From Meyerozyma guilliermondii (lineage: Eukaryota): a stretch of 64,000 bases of DNA. Below, one piece after another: positions 52,389-63,704 of the stretch (positions within the stretch are counted from its first letter, which is position 1; every line of letters starts with the position of its first letter). The notes under the pieces are model-generated. The model made no database searches. It saw nothing but the letters and a program-made list of their open reading frames with translations, and had not been told where the DNA came from. The stretch covers positions 1,798,001 to 1,862,000 of the forward strand of contig CP128816.1 in NCBI GenBank assembly GCA_051546255.1, written 5' to 3'. The position numbers and the translations under genes were made by a program.

Positions 52389-53459
52389 ATGTTCAAATTC
52401 TTTAGATTTTTGCTCATAATCTTTTCGATTGCCGCGGCAATCTTATCTGTGTTTGCACTTATTGGGTCCTACAAGAATGAGCTGTATTTGACAGACATAT
52501 ACCTTATTGATGTTCATCTTAGTGGTCTTAAACTTAGCAAACTTTTTGACGTTAACAACTTCAAGAGAGAGCTCCCACCACTCGTCAATGAAGCATTGAT
52601 CTTAGAGGAAAGGGCTGATGTTTCGTCAAGTGAGATAACAACGGCTATTAACAACATTGTCGACAGTCTCACTTACCAAGAACTTGGACTTGCCGATGTA
52701 TACTCCATATCTTTCTGGGGTTATTGCCGTGGCACAGCTACCAATGACAAGATTGCCAATCCCTTAAAGAAGGTCACCAATAACTTTGACAATAACAAAG
52801 TCAATTTCACCTACTGTTCAAAACCTACACCAGGCTACAAGTTTGACCCTCTTACAGTGTTGAAGCATGAAATCAACGATACTATTAACGATACTGTTGA
52901 CGGAAATGGTGTTGTGAGTAATGCTATTGGTTCTACCGTCAAACAGCAGTTGACCCAATTGGTGGATAATCTTTCTTATGAGAACCTCAATCTTCCTGGA
53001 AACCTTAAGAAAGATTTGACACTTTTGAATAATCTCACAAGGGCAGCTTTTGCACTCACCATCGTAGGTGTTGTTCTAAGCTTCCTTTCTGTCATTATCC
53101 AGCTCTTGGGATGCTTTATGTCTCCAGACAACTGCTGTCTTTCCTTCCTCAACTTTATCTTTGAAGCACTTACATTCATTATACTATTAGTTGGAGCAGC
53201 TCTCAGTACAGGAGCGTATCTCTATGTGAGAAAAGAAGTGAACAATGCCACATCGGACTATGGAGTCAAGACATACTTGTCAATACAGTATTATGCCTTT
53301 GCATGGTCTGGAGCTGTTGCTGCACTTTTGGTGGTTATTTTCAATTTATTGGGCCATTGCTGTGGATTGTTTGGTACTAACAGAAATCGGTACCGTACAG
53401 TGGCTCCCCCAGTTCCTGAAAAGGAACCTTCGATGGCATATAGCCATCTGACTATGTAG
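52389..53459 (+). CDS. SUR7/PalI (Pun1-like) tetraspan membrane protein
   Basis: N-terminal TM, LGLADVYSISFWGYC claudin-like motif, three C-terminal TMs. Confidence 0.8.
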   Translation: MFKFFRFLLIIFSIAAAILSVFALIGSYKNELYLTDIYLIDVHLSGLKLSKLFDVNNFKRELPPLVNEALILEERADVSSSEITTAINNIVDSLTYQELGLADVYSISFWGYCRGTATNDKIANPLKKVTNNFDNNKVNFTYCSKPTPGYKFDPLTVLKHEINDTINDTVDGNGVVSNAIGSTVKQQLTQLVDNLSYENLNLPGNLKKDLTLLNNLTRAAFALTIVGVVLSFLSVIIQLLGCFMSPDNCCLSFLNFIFEALTFIILLVGAALSTGAYLYVRKEVNNATSDYGVKTYLSIQYYAFAWSGAVAALLVVIFNLLGHCCGLFGTNRNRYRTVAPPVPEKEPSMAYSHLTM

Positions 53460-53667
53460 AGTACGATTCGCTAAATATGGACAATGATTTACGCTTAAAG
53501 CAATTGGGCAGAGCAGGAACAGAGAAGGTACATTTATTGCTAGACTCCTATACTCATCTGTTCATTTTCTTCTCTATATTCTTCTCCACCTCTATCCATA
53601 TTCTCTCTTCCCATCCATCCACCAGCACATAATTCATCGCGCTATCGAATTTCTCATTATTTACACT

Positions 53668-55184
53668 ATGATATGTTCACGTAAGTACCACAGCTCCACA
53701 CTTTTAGTATCTGAACTATACTAACTCCAGTTTCCGGTAAAGAGGCCGAAGAACCAGTGATATCTCGCAAAAGTGGAGCGATATTCGAGCGTAAACTTAT
53801 AGAAGAGTACATCAGTGCTCATGGGAAAGATCCTATTTCTGAAGAAAATCTAACAATTGAGGACCTTACCAAAGTCCAAGGTGTCCCTGAGTACGTTCCA
53901 CCCCAATTACCATCTCTGGCATCGATTCCTAATCTCCTAAAAACTTTTCAGAATGAATGGGATGCTCTTGCATTGGAAGTTTTCTCGCTTCGTAAACAGC
54001 TTCACAAAGCTCGTCAAGAATTGAGCGCCAGTCTTTACCATTACGATGCCGCCGTACGTGTGGCTGCCAAGGCGACGGAAGAAAGAGATGAAGCACAAAG
54101 AGCATTGAAGGAATTGTCTCAAGCAGTAGGAAATGGTGTTTCTCAAATCAAAAACGATATTGATAATGGTCATCCATACAAAAACGGAGATGAAATACCT
54201 GTATCCACTAATAATATACTGCTCAGTGATATAGCTGAGGAATTGGAGGTGGAACGAGAACGTCTCTTTGCACAGCATAAGGCTCAGAAGAAGACCACCA
54301 AGCAATTTTCAGGAGCCGACTATTCGATTCAAATGAAGGAAAATATTCCACTTCCATTCAAAACACTTGCTACAGTGGCTTATCGCGACGGAATGCTTGC
54401 TCTAGCTTCCACAGCTGGGTCTATAACTATTGTGGACGTGCAAAACGATGCTAACACCACAAAAATTGTCCGTAAGGGAAAACCTTCAAACATCACACTT
54501 ATCAAATCCGAAGGACAAGTAGTACCAGTGGCAACGACCAAGGATAAAATCTTTGTTGGCAGCGAAAAAACATCATTACAGCATTCAGGAGAGATTATAG
54601 CCATTGCTTCGCATCCAACGTTGGCTTACTTTGTTGTAGTTGGACGAACAGGATGGCTGCTTGCTACTACCAACTCGATAATTCATCAAGATTCGACTCC
54701 ATACATAAGCGCTGCTTTCCATATTGATGGAAAATTGGTAGCATTAGGGTCCAGTTCAGCCATCGACATTGTGGATATTTCGACTGCTGAAAAGGTTGCG
54801 GCGATTGAATTCAGTAATGCCAACAAACTCCTATTTGCCCCCAACGGATATTGGCTACTTGCACTTTCCAACGAATCTCTCCTGGTGATTGATATTCGAA
54901 CACAATCCGTAGTGGGAAATATTGAAGGGTCCTTCAAGGACTTTGTTATCGACCCTACCTCCACCATTATCATTGCAACGAGCGAAGACTCCACTTTCCT
55001 ATACAAATATTCCAAATCTGAAAAGCAGTGGATGAATGAACCTGTTGTGCACCTTGACCAAGGGATACGCTCAATCTTTATCCTGGACGATGTTCACTTT
55101 GAAGATTATTTGCAAACTGGAGATATTCCATTTATTGGAATTGACACCGATATCAGAAAGGGAGAGCTAAAAAAGGAAAACTAA
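53668..55184 (+). CDS. PRP19: Prp19 U-box/WD40 splicing factor; exons 53668-53680 and 53731-55184
   Basis: 50-nt intron GTAAGT...TACTAAC.TCCAG. The spliced N-terminus MICSLSGKEAEEPVISRKSGAIFERKLIEEYI is the U-box; SIPNLLKTFQNEWDALALE. Confidence 0.93.
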
Positions 55185-55353
55185 GGATACAAGGAGAAAA
55201 AAGTGAACAAGAGAACGAGTAAATGAAGAGATGAAGCGGTAGCTGATGCTAGTTGTATAATAGAATAACCCTAGGTTCGTGTGCTATAACATCCACTGCA
55301 CCTGTAATCGGATTCGCAGTACCAAGTGTTTCTTCCCCCACAAAACGCTAAAT

Positions 55354-57180
55354 ATGAGCAATTCAGAGCATGAATTGGAGCTCTTGGTCAAGAGCTGGCT
55401 CTCCATAGATAGTAACCCATCCTCCCGTAAAGTAATTGAGGAACTTTGGGAAAAGAAAGATTATGAATCATTGAAGTCAATGATGATGCCAAGAATCGCA
55501 TTTGGAACTGCTGGACTTCGATCGGAAATGGCGCCCGGATTTGCACACATGAATGATGTTACGGTTCTCCAAGCCGCCCAGGGACTTGTGGACTACTTGC
55601 TAGAAACGGGCGAGAAGTCAATCGTTATTGGTTATGACCATAGGTACAATTCCCAGCGGTTTGCTGAGATAACCGTTAGTGTTGCCATTTCTAAGAAACT
55701 AAAAGTGTTCTACTTGGGTTCTACTACAAACCTTTCTGTTGAATCCTTGCGTTCCTCATCAAAAAAGTGGAATAACAACGACCGTGATTCACGCAGTTAT
55801 GTTCATACTCCATTGGTGCCGTTTGCAGTCGACCATTTCCGTGCTGGAGCAGGTGTTATGGTTACAGCATCCCACAATCCAGCTAAGGACAACGGGTATA
55901 AAGTATACTATAAAAATGGATGCCAAATCATTCCTCCTCATGATAAGAATATAGCACTGAAGATTGAGGTAAATTTGCAATCTTGGTCTGGTGTTCAAGA
56001 TGTGGTTTCTCACTTTGAAAATGGGATAGAATCGGGATTGTTAAAGGCTTGCAAGTCAGAAATTGACAGCCATTACATTGAAAAAATGAAATCTCTTCTT
56101 GTTCATCGATCTCTCGACTTTGAATTCGTCTATACTCCCATGCACGGAGTAGGTCTCGAGACCGTGGAGCCAGTTACCAATCTTTTTGAGAACCCGAAAA
56201 TGTCAGTTGTTCAGCAACAAGCTGTACCAGATCCTTCGTTTCCCACCGTCAAATTTCCCAATCCTGAAGAAAGCGGTGCTTTGGAGCTTGGAATTGCCCA
56301 GGCCGATAGAGAAGGACACAAGCTTGTAGTAGCTACTGATCCCGATGCTGATAGATTCAGCGTTGCAATCAAGGAAAAAGATGGATGGAAACAACTCACA
56401 GGAAACGAGATTGGATATCTCTTTGCAAAGTTCATTATAGAAAACACCGACAAATCAGAATTGAAGAGTACCTACCTTGTGAACTCCACAGTTTCGTCAC
56501 AGATTCTCAAGTCTATGGCAGCGCATCATGGATTCAATTTCGTTGATACTCTTACTGGGTTCAAGTGGATCGGTAACAAGGCAATTGACTTGAAAAAAGA
56601 AGGATACAGCGTACCCTTTGGATATGAGGAAGCTATCGGGTATATGTTTGGTCTTGTTAACGACAAAGACGGTATTTCTGCTCTCGTCATTTGGCTCCAA
56701 CTTTATCAGCAGTGGTTTTCCAGTGGTAAATCAGTTATTCAAAAATTAAACGAAGGTTACGAAAAGTACGGATGGCACAAGGAATGCAATGGATATTACC
56801 GAGTCAAGCAATTGACCCAAACGAACAAAATATTCACAACTGTACGGCTGCAATATGACAAAGCACCAACTACAATTGGAGATTTTCAAGTTGTCAGTTG
56901 GAGAGACCTCACAATTGGATACGATTCGTCCACACCTGATAACATCCCAACATTGCCAGTAGACCCGTCATCTCAGATGATTACAGGTGAATTACAAAAT
57001 AGTGAAGGACTCGTGCGGTTCACGGTGCGTGGATCTGGAACAGAGCCCAAGATTAAGGTATACATTGAAGGACAAGCCAAGTCTGAAAACAATGCAAAGT
57101 CACTTGCTGTAAAATGCTGGACCACATTAAGGTCGCTGTGGTTCGTGGATAAAGATTTGGTCGAGGTTAGAAACAATTAG
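55354..57180 (+). CDS. PRM15: Phosphoribomutase/phosphoglucomutase (Prm15/Pgm3-like)
   Basis: FGTAGLR, TASHNP, DPDADRF, TLTGFKW, YEEAIG, DKDG, RGSGTEPKIK. Confidence 0.88.
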   Translation: MSNSEHELELLVKSWLSIDSNPSSRKVIEELWEKKDYESLKSMMMPRIAFGTAGLRSEMAPGFAHMNDVTVLQAAQGLVDYLLETGEKSIVIGYDHRYNSQRFAEITVSVAISKKLKVFYLGSTTNLSVESLRSSSKKWNNNDRDSRSYVHTPLVPFAVDHFRAGAGVMVTASHNPAKDNGYKVYYKNGCQIIPPHDKNIALKIEVNLQSWSGVQDVVSHFENGIESGLLKACKSEIDSHYIEKMKSLLVHRSLDFEFVYTPMHGVGLETVEPVTNLFENPKMSVVQQQAVPDPSFPTVKFPNPEESGALELGIAQADREGHKLVVATDPDADRFSVAIKEKDGWKQLTGNEIGYLFAKFIIENTDKSELKSTYLVNSTVSSQILKSMAAHHGFNFVDTLTGFKWIGNKAIDLKKEGYSVPFGYEEAIGYMFGLVNDKDGISALVIWLQLYQQWFSSGKSVIQKLNEGYEKYGWHKECNGYYRVKQLTQTNKIFTTVRLQYDKAPTTIGDFQVVSWRDLTIGYDSSTPDNIPTLPVDPSSQMITGELQNSEGLVRFTVRGSGTEPKIKVYIEGQAKSENNAKSLAVKCWTTLRSLWFVDKDLVEVRNN

Positions 57181-57290
57181 TTGCAGCCGTAAGTTGCACC
57201 GATTCAATGCATCCATACACCTGAGGCGCGTGTGCTAGGTGGCTTAATTCCTGCAGTGAAACCTCAACACTTTGTTCTTTTATAGTCAAC

Positions 57291-58738
57291 ATGGGCTTCT
57301 ACCATGAGAAGAAAAATGACCTTCCAATGTAAGTATTTCGGTTGGAACCTTTTTTCTGTATTTAACTTACTAACCTAGGCATTTCACGCCTCGAGCAAGA
57401 TCAAAACTCAATAAAAAAGTCATCGCAATAATAGCTGTTGTAATTCTTTTCATTTTGGTCAAGATACGATGGTCGTCTATGCCGGCTTTGCCCGATCCCG
57501 GCTACTCCAAGTATATTGCCACCAAGGAGGGAATTCGGCAAGAAGTCAATGAGGCTCCGGATGAAGGTGAAAATCAACAACCCAACGCCGACTGGTGGAC
57601 CAGTGAAGATGCTTATGCTAATACTGTGGAGCATTATGATCTCAATGAGTTCCGTGGCTCTGCCGACGGGCTTCTGCATAACAACATTGTCTTGTTCTTG
57701 ATGCCACTTCGTAATGCGGAACATGTACTTCCTATGGCATTCCACAACATCATGAACCTAACATACGATCATAGTTTGATCGACATTGCTTTTCTCGTGT
57801 CAGACTGTTCGCCCGGAGACCATACTCTAGAGACAGTATTCGAGTATTCTGTGGCATTACAAAACGGTACTTTGGTTGATCTCTTGCATGAAGACGAACT
57901 TGTGCGGAAACAACTGTCGGTTCGTGGCTCTCTGGACTTGTACCAGCAGTATATGGATCCAGACTACATTCAGAACGTGAAGCAATCATATTACAACCCA
58001 AGTTCATATCATAAAGACTACCGCAAGCCATTTCGGTCGGTCTCCATTTACCACAAGGATTTTGGACAAGTCATAGGTCAAGGGTTTTCTGACCGTCACG
58101 CCGTTAAAGTTCAGGGTATCCGTAGAAAACTTATGGGACGTGCCCGTAATTGGCTTACAACCAACGCATTAAAGCCCGAACATCTGTGGGTGTACTGGAG
58201 AGACGTCGATATCGAAACCTGTCCAGGAAGTGTAATCCAAGACTTGATGAAACACGACTATGACGTTATGGTCCCCAATGTATGGCGGCCTCTTCCCACG
58301 TTTTTGGGAAATGAACAGCCCTATGATCTCAATTCTTGGATCGAGTCAGATGCAGCTTTGGATTTGGCGAAAACATTGGATGAAGATGACGTTATCGTAG
58401 AAGGATATGCTGAATATCCAACTTGGCGGTACCATCTAGCATATGGACGCGATCCTAATGGTAATCCCGACGAAGTCATTGAAATGGATGGAGTTGGTGG
58501 AGTTTCCATTCTCGCGCGGGCGCAAATATTTCGTCATGGTGTGCACTTTCCAGCGTTTACGTTCAGGAATCACGCAGAAACAGAAGCATTCGGTAAGATG
58601 GCAAAGGCTATGGGGTTCAGGGTGGCTGGACTTCCCCATTATACGGTATGGCATATTTATGAACCTAGCGAGGACGATCTTCGAGAGATTGCAAAATTGG
58701 AAAGAAAGAAGAGGAGGAGAGGATCTAGACGCGAATAG
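57291..58738 (+). CDS. VAN1: Mannan polymerase I subunit Van1 (Anp1/GT62 family); exons 57291-57328 and 57379-58738
   Basis: 50-nt intron GTAAGT...TACTAAC.CTAG. The spliced N-terminus supplies the type II TM (VIAIIAVVILFILV); KVQGIRRKLMGRARNWL, WRDVDI, ETEAFGKMA. Confidence 0.9.
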
Positions 58739-59198
58739 GATTGATAATAGAGATAAAAAGAATTTTGCACCGTCAGTAGGAAGGCAGGGTTTTTAATCAC
58801 TGGATAACTCAGAGATTGTTCACATCCATGTTGTTCATCATTTAGGTACAAAGCGCAGTTCGAACCACGCACCGGCCTGCAGGGCGAACACCACCTGGCG
58901 TTCGAGCTGGCGAGCGCACGACAACTGGGCCACAACGCGAAAATTCTTAGTTTTTCACTTCCCAGCTGTCAAGTGCGTTTCACCAACCCAAATTTAATTT
59001 CAAAACATATCCAACTAATGTGTTTCCAAACGACACATCCATCAGTATCTTTAGGCCAACGCACCTAGCGAGCGCTCTGTTTCACTTTCAAACGTATAGC
59101 TTTTTGCAGTCGTTGGACTGCATACAGACTACCACGAAATCAAGTCCGGTTACGAGCTTCGATTTAAACCCTCTCAAACCTAATCCTGACGAAACGTG

Positions 59199-60485
59199 AT
59201 GGCGATAACACGATCAAAACGAGGGTGTTTCACCTGCAGAGCAAGACGCAAAAAGTGCGATGAAAAAAGACCAATGTGTCTGGGGTGCCATCGCAATTTT
59301 TTGGTGTGTAATTGGCCCAACTATCAAAATCAAACTTTGCTGCAATTTCGAAAGAGCGAGGCAGCCGCTAGCAATGGCAAGGTAGTTTTGGTTTACAAAG
59401 ATCTGAGAGGTGGAATTGATGCTCAGGGAAAAACTAGAAAAGTACTAACTCGTCAATTTCTTAGGACTTTGATCCCAGAACCCAATCACAATAAGGCTCA
59501 GGAAGACTTGGACCAGCAACTAAAAACGAGTCTTCCTTTGCAGTTGATAGTGGAATGTGTGGATGCTATACTCGTTAGCAACGAGAACACTTCGCAAAAT
59601 CGACTATATGAGGAAACTCTCAATGCTCTTCGAGTAGAGTTCAGCAATTGTAACGCAAAAGGATCAGAGGATTGGAGTTTGAATGCTATTAATCTTTCAA
59701 TGATTCAAGAATATTTCTTGGATGCTCCTCGTATTTCAGAAATCCTTAGGCACTTGCAAGCATCTTTGCATATTCTTTGCACGAGAATAATGCTGAACGA
59801 TGTTACATTTTTGCTTCGTCTCAATGCTGATTCTTTTGTTTTCTATTCAGGTATGGCAACCCTCTGCTGCCTGGAGACAGAGATTCTTATGATGCCAAAT
59901 CCATTTGAAAGTGAAAAAATCTTTGAGCCACTCTTTGAGAATGCTAAACCTCCTCATGACTTTAATCTGAATCCTATCCTAGGCGATGCCTACGATGCTC
60001 TTATTTTGAGTAACCAGGCATCTTATTTGCTACGATCAAACACACAGCAGAGAATTTGCCTTGCAACCGTGCTATTGCGAAAGGTCAACTGCCTTATTCG
60101 GATGGCTGCAAATAACCACCTACACCTTTACATCCATTATTGTACTAAAATTGTGTTGCTAAAAATCATTCACCGCACGATTCTGGTTAAGGATAGGCAA
60201 ATCCAGCAGGCTAATGAACAGCTACTTCATTCTCTACAAAATGCTAAGAAGAGTGAAGTGAAGTTATTAGGTCTTTGGCCGGGCATAGTATGCGCTGCCT
60301 GTATTACAGCTCCATCAGATACAGACCTACTCTTGGAATTATGTGATCAGTCAGAAGTTTGTGGCATTACTGTTGAAACCAGTGAAAAACTCAAAAGTTC
60401 CTTGAAGAGAATATGGAGCGAAAATATGGGACTTGGGGTCCTAGATAATTTAGCATTCCTAAAGACGTTACTTTTAAACCCATGA
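59199..60485 (+). CDS. Zn(II)2Cys6 fungal transcription factor
   Basis: RSKRGCFTCRARRKKCDEKRPMCSGCHRNFLVCNW binuclear cluster. Confidence 0.85.
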   Translation: MAITRSKRGCFTCRARRKKCDEKRPMCLGCHRNFLVCNWPNYQNQTLLQFRKSEAAASNGKVVLVYKDLRGGIDAQGKTRKVLTRQFLRTLIPEPNHNKAQEDLDQQLKTSLPLQLIVECVDAILVSNENTSQNRLYEETLNALRVEFSNCNAKGSEDWSLNAINLSMIQEYFLDAPRISEILRHLQASLHILCTRIMLNDVTFLLRLNADSFVFYSGMATLCCLETEILMMPNPFESEKIFEPLFENAKPPHDFNLNPILGDAYDALILSNQASYLLRSNTQQRICLATVLLRKVNCLIRMAANNHLHLYIHYCTKIVLLKIIHRTILVKDRQIQQANEQLLHSLQNAKKSEVKLLGLWPGIVCAACITAPSDTDLLLELCDQSEVCGITVETSEKLKSSLKRIWSENMGLGVLDNLAFLKTLLLNP

Positions 60486-61208
60486 GTCATGCTGATGAAC
60501 CTGTTCCTTCGCTAGTTAATTGAAAACCTGACGAAGTTGATTATGCCTACTGAAAGATTCTTCCACCCGTCAGTGCAATCGGTAAATAGAACATTTCTGG
60601 AAAATGTTAAAAAAGCAAATATGAATCAAATCAGAAGATATCAGAGATTCAGCTAACGGTAGCTTCGACATTATGCCTTCATAAACTATATCGGCTCAAA
60701 CGCTATTTTATAGCGCGACTACCTGAACGGGTAACTCCGATAATCGTCCAGAGCTCAAAGGCAATAACCATAACCTATGAGATCTATATACGCAGCCTCC
60801 ATTATACTCACTTAATACAAACTAATCAAACTTTATCTCGCGCTGAATTCAACACATTTGGCGACTTTATTACCAAAAATACCTCGCACAGTGCGTATTT
60901 TTCATGCACGGTCTGCAGCGTGTTGCATAAACTACTCGTCCCATAAACTGCACTGCCCCACACTTTCCGTTCCCAGTCATTTCATAATTGTTCTACATAC
61001 TTTTTTTCGTACCTGACAGCGCTCCTCTCGTCACTATACCAGCCTATTGTTAATTCTCCGACACGATAAATAACAATTCGTTCATCTCATCGCCGCACGC
61101 ACCGCCTCGATCGACCAAGGTAGACTTAAACAAACGAACTTTATTTTTCGCAATTTGGCGTCTGGAAAATCTGTATTTGCCGAGTCTCCAACACTGTTGC
61201 AATTACCG

Positions 61209-62696
61209 ATGCTAGTACATTGGCTCGGCTTGCTAGCTGGTACGGCTCTTGCACTTCATCCTGTCAAAGATTTTCGAACCGCGTCGTTGCAAAAGCTTAA
61301 AGGCGGCGTTTCCAAACAAAATGTTGCCATACAAGTTCCGGGGAAATCTGAGTCAAATGCTGCTTCCTACACCATCATTACAGTGAGCACATTGCCGTCT
61401 CTGGCACCAACCATTGCTGTGTCAGACAAGATACAATATGTTCTTACTGACGTGTCTCAGTCGATATACTATATTAACACTACATTTACCGATACCGAGA
61501 CTCAGTATGAACAAACTTTCCAATTACTTTTGGATAGTGGCAGTGACTTCACGTGGATATATAACCAGTCGTGTAGCTCTGGTGCTTGCACAAGGGATCT
61601 GGTACCAAAATTTAACGACAGTCGAAAGATAAATTCTGGCGATAAGTTTGAGTTGTCTTACTCGGGCGACTCGGTTTCTGGAGACATTCTTAGCACGTCT
61701 TCTACGGACAAGACAGTGTTTGCATTTGGCTCATTACAACTAACGAGTTTTGAATTCGGGCTAGCCGACGAAGCACCCACGATCTTCAATGATTTCAACG
61801 TTAGTGGTATTTTGGGTATTCCCAGTCAATCAGAAGACCACACCAAAAGGTCAATGTTCTCGCAACTTTATAACGAAAAAATTATTGACAAGCCGGTCTT
61901 TTCATTGGCTCTTGTCGCTTCTAATCAGCAAATCGAGTACTCTGGAAACGTCTCAGCATTACCAGACAACTACGGAGGTTTGATGTTCTTTGGGTCAGAA
62001 GTGGCTAAAAACCAGCAAACTTTCACCGACTCTGTCAAGTATCTCAACATTCAAAGCAATGACAATGCCTATTGGCTTGTGAATGTGACAGACATAAAAT
62101 TATTCAACGACTCATATTCGGGAGACTTTGATATCTCGGAGTCTTCGCTCCAGGCTATCATTGATACTGGAACCACTGGCATGGCATTGCCTATGGACGA
62201 TGCCGACAACTTGCATTCTCAACTTTTTGGCTCCAGTTTGGTAACAGACAGCAAAGGTAATTATGCATTTCCTTGCGACGCAGACGCCAATATTACTATC
62301 AGCCTCGATGGCCAGAAATTTTCAATTTCAGTAAGTGACTTCAAAGGAGACGAATATGGGTCCCAACTAGAAGGTTATTGCGCATCCAAGATACAGGGTC
62401 TCGACGATAACAACTATTGGATTTTGGGATCTATCTTTCTCCGTCGTTACTATGCTATATTTGATATCCAGCAGCATAAAATTGGACTTGGCGTGAATAA
62501 TTTGCTGCTGTACAAGTTGAAAGAGGTAAAGCCAACCTCAATCACTTCAAGCAGTTTGTCCTCTTCCACCATAGTGCATGGCAACTCTTCAAGCTCTCAA
62601 TCTACAAAGCACTCTAAAACGAGCCTGGCTAATAGTTCAGGACTGATCGCTGGTCTTTCGTACGCTTTATTGTGCATGTTTGCGTACATAATATAA
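61209..62696 (+). CDS. GPI-anchored/yapsin-like aspartic protease (family A1)
   Basis: Signal peptide MLVHWLGLLAGTALA, LLDSGS and IIDTGT catalytic motifs, WILGSIFLR, Ser-rich stalk and hydrophobic C-terminus. Confidence 0.85.
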   Translation: MLVHWLGLLAGTALALHPVKDFRTASLQKLKGGVSKQNVAIQVPGKSESNAASYTIITVSTLPSLAPTIAVSDKIQYVLTDVSQSIYYINTTFTDTETQYEQTFQLLLDSGSDFTWIYNQSCSSGACTRDLVPKFNDSRKINSGDKFELSYSGDSVSGDILSTSSTDKTVFAFGSLQLTSFEFGLADEAPTIFNDFNVSGILGIPSQSEDHTKRSMFSQLYNEKIIDKPVFSLALVASNQQIEYSGNVSALPDNYGGLMFFGSEVAKNQQTFTDSVKYLNIQSNDNAYWLVNVTDIKLFNDSYSGDFDISESSLQAIIDTGTTGMALPMDDADNLHSQLFGSSLVTDSKGNYAFPCDADANITISLDGQKFSISVSDFKGDEYGSQLEGYCASKIQGLDDNNYWILGSIFLRRYYAIFDIQQHKIGLGVNNLLLYKLKEVKPTSITSSSLSSSTIVHGNSSSSQSTKHSKTSLANSSGLIAGLSYALLCMFAYII

Positions 62697-62700
62697 TAAA

Positions 62701-63603
62701 CTAGGTTATCACTGACAACCATGCTAACACTGCATACATAAGAGCAACTGGGTATACTGCCAAGAACACTCTTCCTGGGAGCACTCCAGAACACTTGAGA
62801 CTCAAAACTCCAACGTAGACACTCCAAACACCCATTATAGCCATGACTGCCAAACGTAGGAGTTTCCATCGAATTACAAGCAGGCATAATAACTCACCAA
62901 CGACAATGGGGAACATGGAGTAACCAGCAGCACTTATGGCTGACATGAACGAGATGTTACCACCTAACATTTGAATGTTCAATCCAATGACAATATAAAA
63001 GATCCATACAAATGCAAATGAGCCAGAAAACACCAGGTTGGTTTGGTTTTTGCTGGCTGAAACCCCCAATGTCACAGAGTATGCTAATGAAAATAAGAGT
63101 GGTCCCCAGAGATCCCAATCCAAATTCTCCAGCGACAAGAGGTCTCGATTGGAATAACTAGCTTCTCTGTCCTCATCTTCATTGGCATCCACAGCAACCG
63201 GTTGGTTCATTATTGTAGGAGGGAGGCGTATACCATTGCTAGAAGCAAAACGTACAAATCTTTGCTGTTGCTGAGAGGCTAGCCGTGAAAGTTGCATGGG
63301 CCATACTACAATTGCAAGTCTTTTGGCTATTTGCAACAAGTCTCGCCTTAATGTGTGCCACACGGGCTCATCAAGAGTATCTCCACCAGCATACTGATGT
63401 TCCAGAATGCGGTTATTATCGGTTCCAGAAACGAACGGTGTGAATGTCGAACTCAAATCAACCTTCGGTCCAAATTGACCCCACAGTCCAAATTGGAATC
63501 CAGGCTGAGAGGTTTGGGCACTTGGTACAGGTGCCAGCTTGCTGGCGGGAGCAGGGTCCTCGTCGGGAATTATAAAGTCGTCAACACTTGGAGAACCGAC
63601 CAT
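62701..63603 (-). CDS. YIP4: Yip1-domain Golgi protein
   Basis: DTLDEPVWHTL, WDLWGPL, LGGNISF, GYSMFP, LAVYPV. Confidence 0.82.
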   Translation of the reverse strand: MVGSPSVDDFIIPDEDPAPASKLAPVPSAQTSQPGFQFGLWGQFGPKVDLSSTFTPFVSGTDNNRILEHQYAGGDTLDEPVWHTLRRDLLQIAKRLAIVVWPMQLSRLASQQQQRFVRFASSNGIRLPPTIMNQPVAVDANEDEDREASYSNRDLLSLENLDWDLWGPLLFSLAYSVTLGVSASKNQTNLVFSGSFAFVWIFYIVIGLNIQMLGGNISFMSAISAAGYSMFPIVVGELLCLLVIRWKLLRLAVMAIMGVWSVYVGVLSLKCSGVLPGRVFLAVYPVALMYAVLAWLSVIT

Positions 63604-63704
63604 TATGTTATTAAAGCGTGAGACGAATCTTTAGATTGATGGACTGCAGATAATACGATATCGAGCGTTGAAAAATGGCTGCTAAAAATACCTACAGCAG
63701 TAAA

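Noticed and set aside
58857..58866. B-box-like GTTCGAACC (a similar motif lies on the minus strand near 17826)
   Set aside because: No cloverleaf or A box, so not a tRNA; an ETC-type TFIIIC site cannot be supported from sequence alone.
60490..60553. Box C/D-like motifs (TGATGA...CTGA...CTGA) after the Zn2Cys6 gene
   Set aside because: No convincing rRNA guide complementarity or terminal stem; it lies directly in a 3'UTR.
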